Shown piece by piece: positions 50,400 through 60,130 of a stretch of 64,000 bases of DNA. Numbering within the stretch: position 1 is the first letter of the stretch; each line of letters opens with the position of its first letter. The notes under the pieces are model-generated. The model was not told where the DNA came from. It worked only from the letters and a program-made list of their open reading frames with translations, and did no database searches. This stretch comes from Candidatus Marinacidobacterales bacterium (GTDB taxonomy: Bacteria > Acidobacteriota > Vicinamibacteria > Marinacidobacterales > DATDRI01). The translations under genes and the position numbers were made by a program. The stretch covers positions 5,440,001-5,504,000 of the forward strand of contig OZ245365.1 in NCBI GenBank assembly GCA_965226495.1, given 5' to 3'.

Positions 50400-53300
50400 G
50401 TGCAGGAGGAGCGCCCGAAACCTCTGTCGCGATGGCGGCAGAAGTTGAAACAGATCAGGGTGAACATGGAGCAGGGAAAACAGAGGCATGCAAAACCGCT
50501 AACCGCGATGAAACGGCTCGCCGGTTGGTTAATCCTAAGCCCGAGCCGCTGGCTGGTACTGCTTTCTTTCCCGGCCGTACTGATCTTACTGGTCATGGTT
50601 CGAGCGGATCCTTTCCCTCCGTTCTGGGAGGGCGGCACCGGAACAGCGATTCACTATCAGCCGGTCGTTTGGCCCACGGACGACGGGGACGGAGAGCTCG
50701 ACAACGGGGACTGGACGCCGTACACCATGATCGGCGCCGACATCCAAGATCCTAAGGTTCAAGACCCTTCCAATGGGGGAACCTCGCCGCAAAACTACGT
50801 CAACATCAGCTCTGGTTGCACCGACCTGACACTACCCAGCACGTTCACCTATTTCGACGCGACGAGCCAAGTGCTCATGTTCCGCTGGCGTGTCGAGCAA
50901 ATCGCTCATACTTACGCCACCGGACCGAACGCCGGGACTGCTTCCGCGACCGATCCATGGAAGTCCGGGTTGTGGACCGTGCTCATCGACATCGACGGCG
51001 ATGGTTATCGAGAGTTTGCTATTCATCTCGACGGGTCGAGCGGCTCACCAGGCACCGACATCGATCGAATCGCCAGTATTTACAGCGACACCCCTAATCA
51101 ATCTATCGATTATGTCAACGACTCCAATATCTGCTTGCTCGAGCACAACCCAACCGCCTTCGTCGACGGTCCCACGCCGGACGGCAACACGAATCGTATT
51201 CTGAATTTTCAGAATAGTCTGACACCAACGGCATCATGGCCCAACGGCAACAGCGAGTCGGTCTGGGACTATGGAACGACTCGAGCGGTAGAGGTGGATC
51301 ACGGCACGTGTATCGAGTACTTCGTCGATTACCAGATTCCACTCGCCATGCTCAATGCGACGGCGTCGGCGTGTAACGGACCCCAGGTCACCGAAGACAC
51401 GCCGATAAGTCTCTTGTTCGCGACCGCGAACAGTCTCAACAACCCGTTGCAGAAAGACGTGGTCCTCTTTGGTGACTATATCGGCGACCCCGATGCTCCG
51501 GCCCCTTTCGGCGATCCGATAACACCCGGAGGGGGTCCTCTCCCACAGCCCGTCATCTCCGCGGTCACCGCTGCCAGCTGTGGACCGGCCACGCTTACCG
51601 CAACGGTGACCGACTCGACTCAGGTCAGCGGCGGTTCGGTCGTCGACTCAATCGCCACCGTCGACTTCTATTACTACGCAGACACCAACGCCAACGGTCA
51701 GCCGGACGACGGAAGTTCTTGGACCCCGGCCGCCGGCGCCACGAGCCCGTCATTGGGAACATGGACCGCCAGCTGGGACTCAACAAACTTGGCGCAGGGA
51801 CAGTATCTGATCGGCGTCCGGGCGGAGGATGATCAAGGCAACGTCACGTGGAGTCACCTGACGGCGGCGCAAGCGTCCCCTGATTTTGCCAACCCCACCC
51901 CCGACCCTGGCGTCGTTTTCGCGACGTTCGTCAACACCTGCGGCTCATCGCCCACCGCAAGCAAGGGCGCCAACGCCTCGGCGGTCACCGCCGGAGATCC
52001 GGTGCAGTTCACGATCACCGTGAACGCGAGCCTCGTATCCCCGCTATCGGTGAGCCAAATCGATGACGTGCTCCCGCCGGGATGGATATTCGTGAGCACA
52101 GACGGCGGCACGCTCACCCCGGCGACTTCATCACCAACTGCTGGCCAGACGGGCACCGTCTCCTGGACTTTCGCACCGGCGACCGTGATCGCAGCGGGCG
52201 GAAGCGGGACGATCGTCTTTACCGCCAGCGCTTCAACCGTCGTTGGCACTTACACCAACGTAGCCAACGCGACCACCGATCAAGGCACTGTCGAGACCAA
52301 CCCCGTCGAAGTGGCAGTGGGTGCCCCACAACTCACGATCGCGAAGAGCGCCGACGTCGCTTCCGCCGATCCCGGTGATCCGGTTACCTACACGATCACC
52401 TACTCCAACGATGCCTCGGTCACCGTGACCAATGCGGTCATCACCGATGCCCTACCGCTAGGCCTGACTTTCGTCTCGGCTGCCAACGGCGGAGTTCATG
52501 ATGGAGGGACGCCGGGGACGATTACCTGGAACATCGGTACCATCGCCGCCGGCGATGGTCCTTTTGCGGTGAGTTTCACCGCCACGGTGGACAATCCTTA
52601 TCCGGCTCTCGCCACGGTACCCTTGGTGAATACGGGAACCATCGACTCCGATCAGACGAGTCCCCTCAACGCGGATGCGTCGGTCTTCGTGAACGTCCCC
52701 CGACCCTCGCTCGCCATTCAAAAGGATGGCGACGTCACTCAGGTGCTGCCCGGAAATAACGTCGTCTACACCATCACTTACGTCAATACAGGTAACGCCG
52801 ACGCCACCAGTGTCGTCATCACAGACCCCGTACCCGCTGGCTTCACGTTCGTTTCGGCGACCGGCGGCGGTACTCACGATAGCGGAAGCCCGGGAATCGT
52901 CACCTGGAACGTGGGGACCGTTGCCGCCGGTGGCACGGGCTCGGTGATGCTGACGCTTCAAGCGACCGCCAGCGCCGCCAATCCGACTACGAATACGGCC
53001 ACCATCACCGGAACTGGAATCACTCCTGTTTTCGACGACTACGACGTGGGCATCACGCAGGGTGCTTGTGCCGTCCCCACGACCTACTACTTCAAGAACG
53101 CTACTGCCGACGTCGGATTCGCTGGGACTCGGAACATTGCGAATACGACGGCGCCCACAAGTGCGACTCCGACGGTCACCTCTACCGTCAGCGTCGGTCC
53201 GGCGAGCGCCGGTCGCACCGAGCTCCTTCGTTTCTATCAGGATCCCCCGCAGGGAAGCGCGTTCGATTTCTCGCAGGCGGTCACTGCAACCGTCTACGTG

Positions 53301-56300
53301 GACAAGAGCGGGTCACCACAGGCTATCTTCTGGTTGACCCTGTTCGATTATGATCCGGTCACCGGTACCGAAACCCAGCTCGCCACCGCCAGCACGAGTG
53401 TCCAAGGCAACAAAACGAACGAGCCGGCTGCGTTCAATCTCGGCACCCCTACCCTCACGGTTCCAGAGACCCATCGCTTGCTCTGGGTCGTCGAGGGCAC
53501 CAATGGCCACGGGGGTCAAACCAACGACGTGGCCGTCCGCTACGACGGCACGGGAAGCCCGAGCGCCTCCGACATCTGCACCAGCCCGATCACCCTAACG
53601 CTGGACAAGCAAGTCGATGTGCTCTCGGCTGGGCCCGGCGACACGCTCGTCTACACGCTCAAGTACGCCAACACCGGCCAGGGCAGTGTGACCAATGCGG
53701 TGCTGACCGATACGTTACCCGTCGGCGTTTCCTTCGACTCCGCGTTACCCGTCGCGGCGAATTGCACCGAGTCCCTCGGCGTTGTCACATGTAATTTGGG
53801 CACCGTGGCAGGAGGGACTTCAGGAACGGTGACGATCACCGTCACCGTCAGTCAGCCTCTGGCGGCAGGCATCTTCTCACTCCAGAACGATGCCACCCTC
53901 GACAGCCTCGAGACCGAACCGGTGAACGATTCGGCGACGACGACCATCGTCCGCCCGGTGCTCGGTATCACCAAGTCGGCCGACGACACGCTGCTCATTC
54001 AAGGGGACACCGTTACCTACACGCTGGAGATCACCAATAGCGGGAGTGCTAGCGCTGCGAGCGTATTGGTGAGCGACTCGCTCCCCGTCGATACGTACTT
54101 CTCGTACGTCGGGTCCAGTTGTTCCGTCGACATCTCCCTGGCACCTTCCACGTCGTCGACCACTTGCGGCGAAGCCGCCGGGGTAGTGACGGCCACCGCG
54201 GACGTTCTCGCCGTCGGCGAGACCCTCCGCATCGCCTTTCAAATGACTGTGGGTGCGGGACCGGCACCGGCGGGACTAACCGTAAAGGACAACTTCGCGA
54301 GCGCATCCGACGACAACTCCCCGAGCGTGAGCAGCAATACGGTGACAGTCACCATCAGCACCAATCCCAACTTGCAACTCGCTAAATCGTCGAACCCGGC
54401 GGCGGGTCCGCTGGATCCAGGAGATCCCGTCACCTACACGCTAGTCTTGGGTAACACCGGCTCGACCGCAGCCGATGATGTCTTGGTCGTCGACCCGATC
54501 CCGGCCAACACCAGCTACGTTCTCGGAAGCCTGATCTTTCAAGCCGTAACCCAGACGGATCCGGATGACGTCGATACCGGGCATTTCGACGCGGTGGGGA
54601 ATCGGGCCGTCTTCGATATCGGCTCCTTGGCTGCCGGCGCGTCCCGCACCATGAGCTTCCAGGTCACTGTCGATTCTCCACTACCAAACGGAACAACGCC
54701 CGTTGACAACACGGCGACAGCTACGGCTAGCAACACCGCAACCAAGCAAGCGAGCGCCAACCTCACTGCGAGCGCCGCGCCCAATCTCACTCTTACCAAG
54801 ACGGCACCGGCCACACTCGCCTTCCCGCTCACCATGCTGTCGGCGACCGTGACTGCGTCCGTAACCATCAACGTAGACGATGCCGACTTGATAGGCGTCA
54901 ACGACTACGTGTCCGTCAATGGCACGGGGGCGCGCGTTACCGCCAAGACCGGCAACACTCTGACCTTGGACACCGCGGTTACCGGCAGTGCCGGCGACAA
55001 CGTGAACCCGGTTATCGCGTTCGTGCTGCGTTACGAGAACACTGGAAACGCAAACGCCACCAACGTGTCGGTCACCGATTCACTTCCAACAAATACGGTT
55101 TTCGTCGCGGCGGACAGCGGTGGCACTCACGACGCGGGCTCACCGGGGACGGTCTCTTGGAGCCTGGGAACCGTACCGGCCGGCGGAGCCGGTAGTCTCA
55201 AGTTCTGGGCGCGACCCACCGTCGCCGGAACCTACAACAACAACGGGACCATCGATAGCGACGAAACGTCGCCCACCAACTCCAACACCACGGTGACGAC
55301 CATCGGTGCGCTGCAACCCACCAAGGTAACCAGCACGCCTAGCGTCACCAACCCAGGAGCACAGGCGACCTACACGATCTCCGTCTTCAACGGGACTGGC
55401 TCGCTCGCCACCGCCATCAACATCACCGACGAGATGGAAAAAGGCTTCAGCTTCGCAAGCAACGTCGGCTTCAATATCACCGGCGGAACGGGAGGCTCGC
55501 GGACCAGCACCACCGACCCCACGTCTGGAGACAATCCGGCGACCTGGTGCTGTTGGGATCTATCGGCCGGGGCCACGCTCGACATCCAGTATCTGGCTAA
55601 CCTATCGGACGAGGTCGGCGACGGGACTTACCAGAACAACGTGACCGTGGACTCGCAAAGCTCCAGCCACCTCCTATTCGATTTTCTGGCCACGACCCAG
55701 GAAGACGTGACCGTGAACTGGATCGGGCCGAACCATGTCGTGCTTTCCTGGATAGAGGCCTTCTACGAACAGGGCTTGGTCGTGGTGCAATGGCAAACCG
55801 ACGCCGAGGTGCGCACTTCCGGCTTTTACCTTAAGCGTTACCGACCCGAGACCGATAGGTACGAGGCGGTGCATGAAGATATGCTGCCGAGCGTCGTCGG
55901 ATCCCCTCAGGGCGGCACCTACCGGGTCGTCGATGAGGACGCGCCGCTTGGCGGTCCTCTCTCTTATGTCCTTCTGGAAATCGAGAACAACGGCAAGGAA
56001 AGAAGCTACGGACCGTTTAGCCTCGAAGTGCGCGACCAACCGTCGCTGCACGTATCCACGGCGGGGGGAACAACGAGGCCGGGCTTCCATCGAACGCCCC
56101 GTTCCCGCAGCCCGCGGAATGGACTCAACCGCTCTACCGCGGCTCTCGAAAGCCGCCGTGTCGCAAGGCGAGGAGGAAGCCGCGGCCTGAAGATAGCCGT
56201 CGATGAGTCGGGTCTCTACCGGGTAGAAGTCGCCGAGATCACCGAAGCACTCGGCCTGAAACTGGGCAGGGCGGCGCGGCTTCTACGCAAACATCGGCTG

Positions 56301-58253
56301 CGGCTCTCGGTAGACGGCGCGCGGATTCCATACTTGATTGAGGGCAGAGGCAATACCTCGGCTCTTCTATTCTACGGTGAGGGCTTCGACAGCGTCTATG
56401 CGTCGCACCGCACGTACCGCCTCAGCACCGGCCGCAGCAAGCGCATAGCGTCGGTTTCCGGCTACCCCGACGGGGTGGCGTTCGATCGGCAAACCTTCCG
56501 GGATACGGTTCGCTTCGAGGAGGATCATGTCCCCTTGGTGCTCGGGGAAGTGGACGGGGATTCGGACTTCTGGTTCTGGGACTACGTTATCGCGGGCGAC
56601 ACGCCGAAGATCTTTCCGATCGACGTGCGAGGAGTTGCACCCACCACAACCGAAGCCATCCTTCGTGTTTTCCTGCGTGGTGCCGTTGACACTGGGGCCG
56701 GCGTCCACCAGGTTCGCGTTCTCTTCAACGGCGAGCTCGTAGGACACGCTCTCCTCGAAGGCTTCGACGGCGGCGCGTTCTCTTTCGCCATACCAGCTTT
56801 TCTGCTTCGCGAAGGAGCGAATACCGTCGAGCTCGAAGGCGTGCCCCAACCGGATGTGCCGTACAGTATTGTGTATTGCGACAGTCTCTCGCTCGTGTAT
56901 GAGCGGACGTACCAGGCCCATAACGCCGCTTTGTTAGCGCGTAGCGAGGACAAGGAAGTCCTGAGCATCGGTGGATTCCCGGAACCGGACGTTCGAGTCC
57001 TCGATATCACCGACCCCCTGTTTCCACGAGAGGTTCGAGGAGTCGTGACAGAAGTGGCCCCGCTTGACGGTTATCGGGTGAGGTTTGCGTCAGTGCAGGA
57101 TGCCAAGTACCTGGCGGTCAGTGCGTCCGGTGTTCGGAAACCGGCCTCTCTACGCTGGGACTATCCGTCCCGCCTGCGAAATCGAAAGAACTCCGCCGAT
57201 TACCTGATCATAACCAGCGCCGAGCTCGCGCCTACCGCGAAGCGACTCGCCGCGCACCGCGCGGGGCAGGGACACCGCACCATGACTATCGATCTAGACG
57301 ACATCATGGATGAGTTCAATGCGGGCAACTTCGACCCTCGCGCAATCCGCTCTTTTCTCGCTCACGCTTACGCGCGCTGGCGAAAACCACCGCGCTATGT
57401 CGCGCTGGTCGGCGAAGGCACTTATGACTACAAGGACATCCGAGGGTTCGGTAACAACCATGTGCCTCCACTCATGGTTGGCGGCAGCTGGGGCCTCTAT
57501 GGCGCCGATAATCGGTTGGCCGATCTGGTCGGTGACGACGGCGTCCCCGAGATCGCCATCGGGCGGATCCCGGTGGAAAACGCCGAGCAATTGGAAGCCT
57601 ATATCGATAAGCTCATCGCCTACGAACAAAATGACGACGAGACATGGACGCGGCAAGTCTTGTTGGCCGCCGACAATCCGGACGACACCGGCGATTACCC
57701 AGCCGACAGCGAGGACTATGCAGCGTTGCTCCCCGAAGAGCTGGTGGCAAATCGGGTCTATCTTGGGCAGCTCACCGCCGAGGAGGGCTTCGAGCTGCTC
57801 ATCGCCAACTTGAACGAGGGCGTCTCCTTGATGACCTATCTGGGTCATGCCGGAATCACCCAGCTCTCCAATGAAGCACTCCTTCGCAGTGCCGACGTTC
57901 CCAACCTCACGAACGGGGACCGGCTGCCAGTGATCGCCGTGATGGGCTGCCACCTGGGCAATTTCTGGTTGCCTGGTTATTCTTCACTTGCAGAAGACCT
58001 CGTGCTCCATCCCGACGGTGGCGCGGCAGGGGTTTGGTCACCTGCCGGGCTCTCCTACAATCCTCAACGGCGGATTCTGGGAGAAGCCTATCTCCGGGCG
58101 GTCTATGAAGAAGGAATCGTGATTCTAGGCGATGCGGTCCTGCGCGCCTTGGCCGTTGCCGCGACACAACACGCCAGCGGACGGCGGGAGGTCCTGGAGA
58201 CGCAGGTTCTCTTGGGCGATCCGGCGCTAAGGCTGAAGAGCGACCACCGATGA
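50400..58253 (+). CDS. giant exported protein: ~8 DUF11 repeats plus a C-terminal C25 (gingipain/PorU-like) cysteine peptidase
   Basis: Repeats L.I.K......PGD.V.YTI...N.G....V.I.D.LP; ADYLII, IMDEF, YVALVG...YDYK, IAIGRIP, YLGHAG (His), MGCH (Cys), LLGDPAL; start may be 50466 or 50508. Confidence 0.9.
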   Translation: MQEERPKPLSRWRQKLKQIRVNMEQGKQRHAKPLTAMKRLAGWLILSPSRWLVLLSFPAVLILLVMVRADPFPPFWEGGTGTAIHYQPVVWPTDDGDGELDNGDWTPYTMIGADIQDPKVQDPSNGGTSPQNYVNISSGCTDLTLPSTFTYFDATSQVLMFRWRVEQIAHTYATGPNAGTASATDPWKSGLWTVLIDIDGDGYREFAIHLDGSSGSPGTDIDRIASIYSDTPNQSIDYVNDSNICLLEHNPTAFVDGPTPDGNTNRILNFQNSLTPTASWPNGNSESVWDYGTTRAVEVDHGTCIEYFVDYQIPLAMLNATASACNGPQVTEDTPISLLFATANSLNNPLQKDVVLFGDYIGDPDAPAPFGDPITPGGGPLPQPVISAVTAASCGPATLTATVTDSTQVSGGSVVDSIATVDFYYYADTNANGQPDDGSSWTPAAGATSPSLGTWTASWDSTNLAQGQYLIGVRAEDDQGNVTWSHLTAAQASPDFANPTPDPGVVFATFVNTCGSSPTASKGANASAVTAGDPVQFTITVNASLVSPLSVSQIDDVLPPGWIFVSTDGGTLTPATSSPTAGQTGTVSWTFAPATVIAAGGSGTIVFTASASTVVGTYTNVANATTDQGTVETNPVEVAVGAPQLTIAKSADVASADPGDPVTYTITYSNDASVTVTNAVITDALPLGLTFVSAANGGVHDGGTPGTITWNIGTIAAGDGPFAVSFTATVDNPYPALATVPLVNTGTIDSDQTSPLNADASVFVNVPRPSLAIQKDGDVTQVLPGNNVVYTITYVNTGNADATSVVITDPVPAGFTFVSATGGGTHDSGSPGIVTWNVGTVAAGGTGSVMLTLQATASAANPTTNTATITGTGITPVFDDYDVGITQGACAVPTTYYFKNATADVGFAGTRNIANTTAPTSATPTVTSTVSVGPASAGRTELLRFYQDPPQGSAFDFSQAVTATVYVDKSGSPQAIFWLTLFDYDPVTGTETQLATASTSVQGNKTNEPAAFNLGTPTLTVPETHRLLWVVEGTNGHGGQTNDVAVRYDGTGSPSASDICTSPITLTLDKQVDVLSAGPGDTLVYTLKYANTGQGSVTNAVLTDTLPVGVSFDSALPVAANCTESLGVVTCNLGTVAGGTSGTVTITVTVSQPLAAGIFSLQNDATLDSLETEPVNDSATTTIVRPVLGITKSADDTLLIQGDTVTYTLEITNSGSASAASVLVSDSLPVDTYFSYVGSSCSVDISLAPSTSSTTCGEAAGVVTATADVLAVGETLRIAFQMTVGAGPAPAGLTVKDNFASASDDNSPSVSSNTVTVTISTNPNLQLAKSSNPAAGPLDPGDPVTYTLVLGNTGSTAADDVLVVDPIPANTSYVLGSLIFQAVTQTDPDDVDTGHFDAVGNRAVFDIGSLAAGASRTMSFQVTVDSPLPNGTTPVDNTATATASNTATKQASANLTASAAPNLTLTKTAPATLAFPLTMLSATVTASVTINVDDADLIGVNDYVSVNGTGARVTAKTGNTLTLDTAVTGSAGDNVNPVIAFVLRYENTGNANATNVSVTDSLPTNTVFVAADSGGTHDAGSPGTVSWSLGTVPAGGAGSLKFWARPTVAGTYNNNGTIDSDETSPTNSNTTVTTIGALQPTKVTSTPSVTNPGAQATYTISVFNGTGSLATAINITDEMEKGFSFASNVGFNITGGTGGSRTSTTDPTSGDNPATWCCWDLSAGATLDIQYLANLSDEVGDGTYQNNVTVDSQSSSHLLFDFLATTQEDVTVNWIGPNHVVLSWIEAFYEQGLVVVQWQTDAEVRTSGFYLKRYRPETDRYEAVHEDMLPSVVGSPQGGTYRVVDEDAPLGGPLSYVLLEIENNGKERSYGPFSLEVRDQPSLHVSTAGGTTRPGFHRTPRSRSPRNGLNRSTAALESRRVARRGGSRGLKIAVDESGLYRVEVAEITEALGLKLGRAARLLRKHRLRLSVDGARIPYLIEGRGNTSALLFYGEGFDSVYASHRTYRLSTGRSKRIASVSGYPDGVAFDRQTFRDTVRFEEDHVPLVLGEVDGDSDFWFWDYVIAGDTPKIFPIDVRGVAPTTTEAILRVFLRGAVDTGAGVHQVRVLFNGELVGHALLEGFDGGAFSFAIPAFLLREGANTVELEGVPQPDVPYSIVYCDSLSLVYERTYQAHNAALLARSEDKEVLSIGGFPEPDVRVLDITDPLFPREVRGVVTEVAPLDGYRVRFASVQDAKYLAVSASGVRKPASLRWDYPSRLRNRKNSADYLIITSAELAPTAKRLAAHRAGQGHRTMTIDLDDIMDEFNAGNFDPRAIRSFLAHAYARWRKPPRYVALVGEGTYDYKDIRGFGNNHVPPLMVGGSWGLYGADNRLADLVGDDGVPEIAIGRIPVENAEQLEAYIDKLIAYEQNDDETWTRQVLLAADNPDDTGDYPADSEDYAALLPEELVANRVYLGQLTAEEGFELLIANLNEGVSLMTYLGHAGITQLSNEALLRSADVPNLTNGDRLPVIAVMGCHLGNFWLPGYSSLAEDLVLHPDGGAAGVWSPAGLSYNPQRRILGEAYLRAVYEEGIVILGDAVLRALAVAATQHASGRREVLETQVLLGDPALRLKSDHR

Positions 58254-58314
58254 CGGAAAGTTCTATAATGACTCTTTCCAACAAACTACTCTTAGCAGCG
58301 GGAGAGCAAATGGA

Positions 58315-58494
58315 ATGACGAAACCGGACAAGCCTTCCGAACCTCAACCAGAAGAACATTCCGGCGAGCAGCAAAACAAGAAGAAGCCGTACGAGAAACC
58401 ACGGGTGACTTTTCGGGAACCCCTCGAGGGTGTGGCCTCCATTTGTAATCCTCCCGGCAAAGGCGCCCCACCTTGCGAGTTCGCTTCCTCCTAG
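58315..58494 (+). CDS. putative RiPP precursor peptide (59 aa, missed by the ORF track)
   Basis: MTKPDKPSEPQPEEHSGEQQNKKKPYEKPRVTFREPLEGVASICNPPGKGAPPCEFASS; GGAGAG RBS; TATAAT at 58264-58269; YxxP RRE-recognition motif. Confidence 0.85.
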   Translation: MTKPDKPSEPQPEEHSGEQQNKKKPYEKPRVTFREPLEGVASICNPPGKGAPPCEFASS

Positions 58495-58502
58495 GCGAGG
58501 CC

Positions 58503-58913
58503 ATGAGAGAGGAGATCCTATCCGCCCTTCGGGACTTGGGGAACGAGCAGCGACTGCGCATCCGAGTTCGCGGCTTCTCGATGGCTCCCGATCTTCCGGA
58601 CGGTGCGACCGTCGAAGTGTCCCCCCGAAGAATCTACCTTCCCGGCGACGTGATCGCTTTCCTCGGGCAAAAGGGAGAGCTTCGAGTCCATCGCGTGCTC
58701 GGCTATCGGTGGAGACGCTTGGTGACCAAGGGGGATTACACGAGCTGGATCGATCCCCCAGTGACGCACGATCAAGTGCTCGGCCTGGTGCGAGCTGGCG
58801 ACTGCGCACGCTCTATCTACGAGGTTCCTATCAGCCACCGTTTCCGAGGCGTCGGCTTCTTGTTCCGAAAGCTCGTCACATGGTGCCGCGCTCCATGGGC
58901 GAGAACATCATGA
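58503..58913 (+). CDS. S24/S26-family peptidase (no TM segment; candidate leader peptidase)
   Basis: RVRGFSMAP.L.DG, GDVIAF, VHRV, TKGD; GAGG RBS right after the precursor stop. Confidence 0.85.
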   Translation: MREEILSALRDLGNEQRLRIRVRGFSMAPDLPDGATVEVSPRRIYLPGDVIAFLGQKGELRVHRVLGYRWRRLVTKGDYTSWIDPPVTHDQVLGLVRAGDCARSIYEVPISHRFRGVGFLFRKLVTWCRAPWARTS

Positions 58914-59851
58914 GCTTCGGCGACCACTTCTTGAGCTGCCCCGATCTGTTCCCCGCCCGTCTCGCCGGTGAACCTTGGGGGAAGCGGACGGTGGCGATCG
59001 ACTTCTTGGGAGAGCGATACCGGGTCACCGGGCTCAACCAAGAACAAGCCGACGCAGTTCATGCTCACTTCGGTCCCTACTGTGTGCCCGGCGATTCCAC
59101 AGCTTCACCCGTGGTAGAGATTCGGATTTATCGTGCGGACCAAGAAGACTTCAGAAGCTTCGATCTCCGTGGCTGGGACTACACGCTAGACATGGACTAC
59201 CGGGTTGACTCCGTCCGAGTGGCCGGACTCGATTTCATGGGACTTCTCGAGTGCCGCCATGATCTCGCCGGGGCTATTTGGACGTCGGCTCGAGATGCGG
59301 GCGGCTTCTGCGGGGTGTTCGAGAACTTCCTCCGCGTAACTGCTCAATACCATTTGACCCAGTCCGGCGGTGTCTTGCTACACAGTGCCGCCCTTGTCAT
59401 AGAAGACACTGCCTATCTCTTCCCCGGTCGCTCCGGGGCTGGGAAGTCGACGCTTTGCCATCTGGCGAAGATGCAAGGATGGCGGATCTTGAGCGACGAG
59501 CTCAACGCCGTCTCGATACAAGAGGGTCGCGCAAACGTTCGGCAAGTGCCGTTCGCCGGCGACTTCGGGCAAACGAGTTGCTCGAGCAAGTCGTTTCCTC
59601 TAGCCGCCATCTTCAGGCTGTGCCAGGCGGAGGACGACACCATCCAGTCGATTTCGCCATCGCAATCGCTCGGCTCGATGTTGTCTTGCGCGCCCTTCGT
59701 GAATCTCGACCCTCACCGATGTGAAACAGCCACAACCGTGTTGGAGGAGATCGCCTCGAACCACCCCGGCTTCATACTGAATTTCTCCCTTGGGGGAAAC
59801 TTGAAAACACTCGAGAGGTTCTGCTCTCGCTCGGAGGTACCGACACTATGA
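58910..59851 (+). CDS. HPr kinase-like P-loop protein
   Basis: LLHSAAL, FPGRSGAGKSTL, ILSDE, PFAGD; ATGA overlap with the upstream gene. Confidence 0.85.
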   Translation: MSFGDHFLSCPDLFPARLAGEPWGKRTVAIDFLGERYRVTGLNQEQADAVHAHFGPYCVPGDSTASPVVEIRIYRADQEDFRSFDLRGWDYTLDMDYRVDSVRVAGLDFMGLLECRHDLAGAIWTSARDAGGFCGVFENFLRVTAQYHLTQSGGVLLHSAALVIEDTAYLFPGRSGAGKSTLCHLAKMQGWRILSDELNAVSIQEGRANVRQVPFAGDFGQTSCSSKSFPLAAIFRLCQAEDDTIQSISPSQSLGSMLSCAPFVNLDPHRCETATTVLEEIASNHPGFILNFSLGGNLKTLERFCSRSEVPTL

Positions 59852-60129
59852 GCCACGCCTTGCGCAAGGACGTCCGCTACCGGCTCCTCCTCAACGAAGC
59901 TGTTGTCATTCGACAAGATGCGGCCGAAGTTCTCGGATTGAACCTTGTCGGAGCCCGAGTCCTCGAGCTGATTGACCAGGGGCATGGCCAGAACGTGATC
60001 TTGACGTCACTCGCGGAGGAGTTCGATGTCGCTCCGCGCGAGCTCGAAGCGGATGTGAGCGCTTTCCTGCGAGAGCTCGTGGAACTCGATGTTATCGAGA
60101 GTGTTCAGACCGCGACCGGATCCAACTGA
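59848..60129 (+). CDS. PqqD family / RiPP recognition element (RRE)
   Basis: EAVV......GLNLVGARVLELID....L.EEFDV....LEADV..FL.EL...DVI. Confidence 0.9.
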   Translation: MSHALRKDVRYRLLLNEAVVIRQDAAEVLGLNLVGARVLELIDQGHGQNVILTSLAEEFDVAPRELEADVSAFLRELVELDVIESVQTATGSN

Positions 60130-60130
60130 T

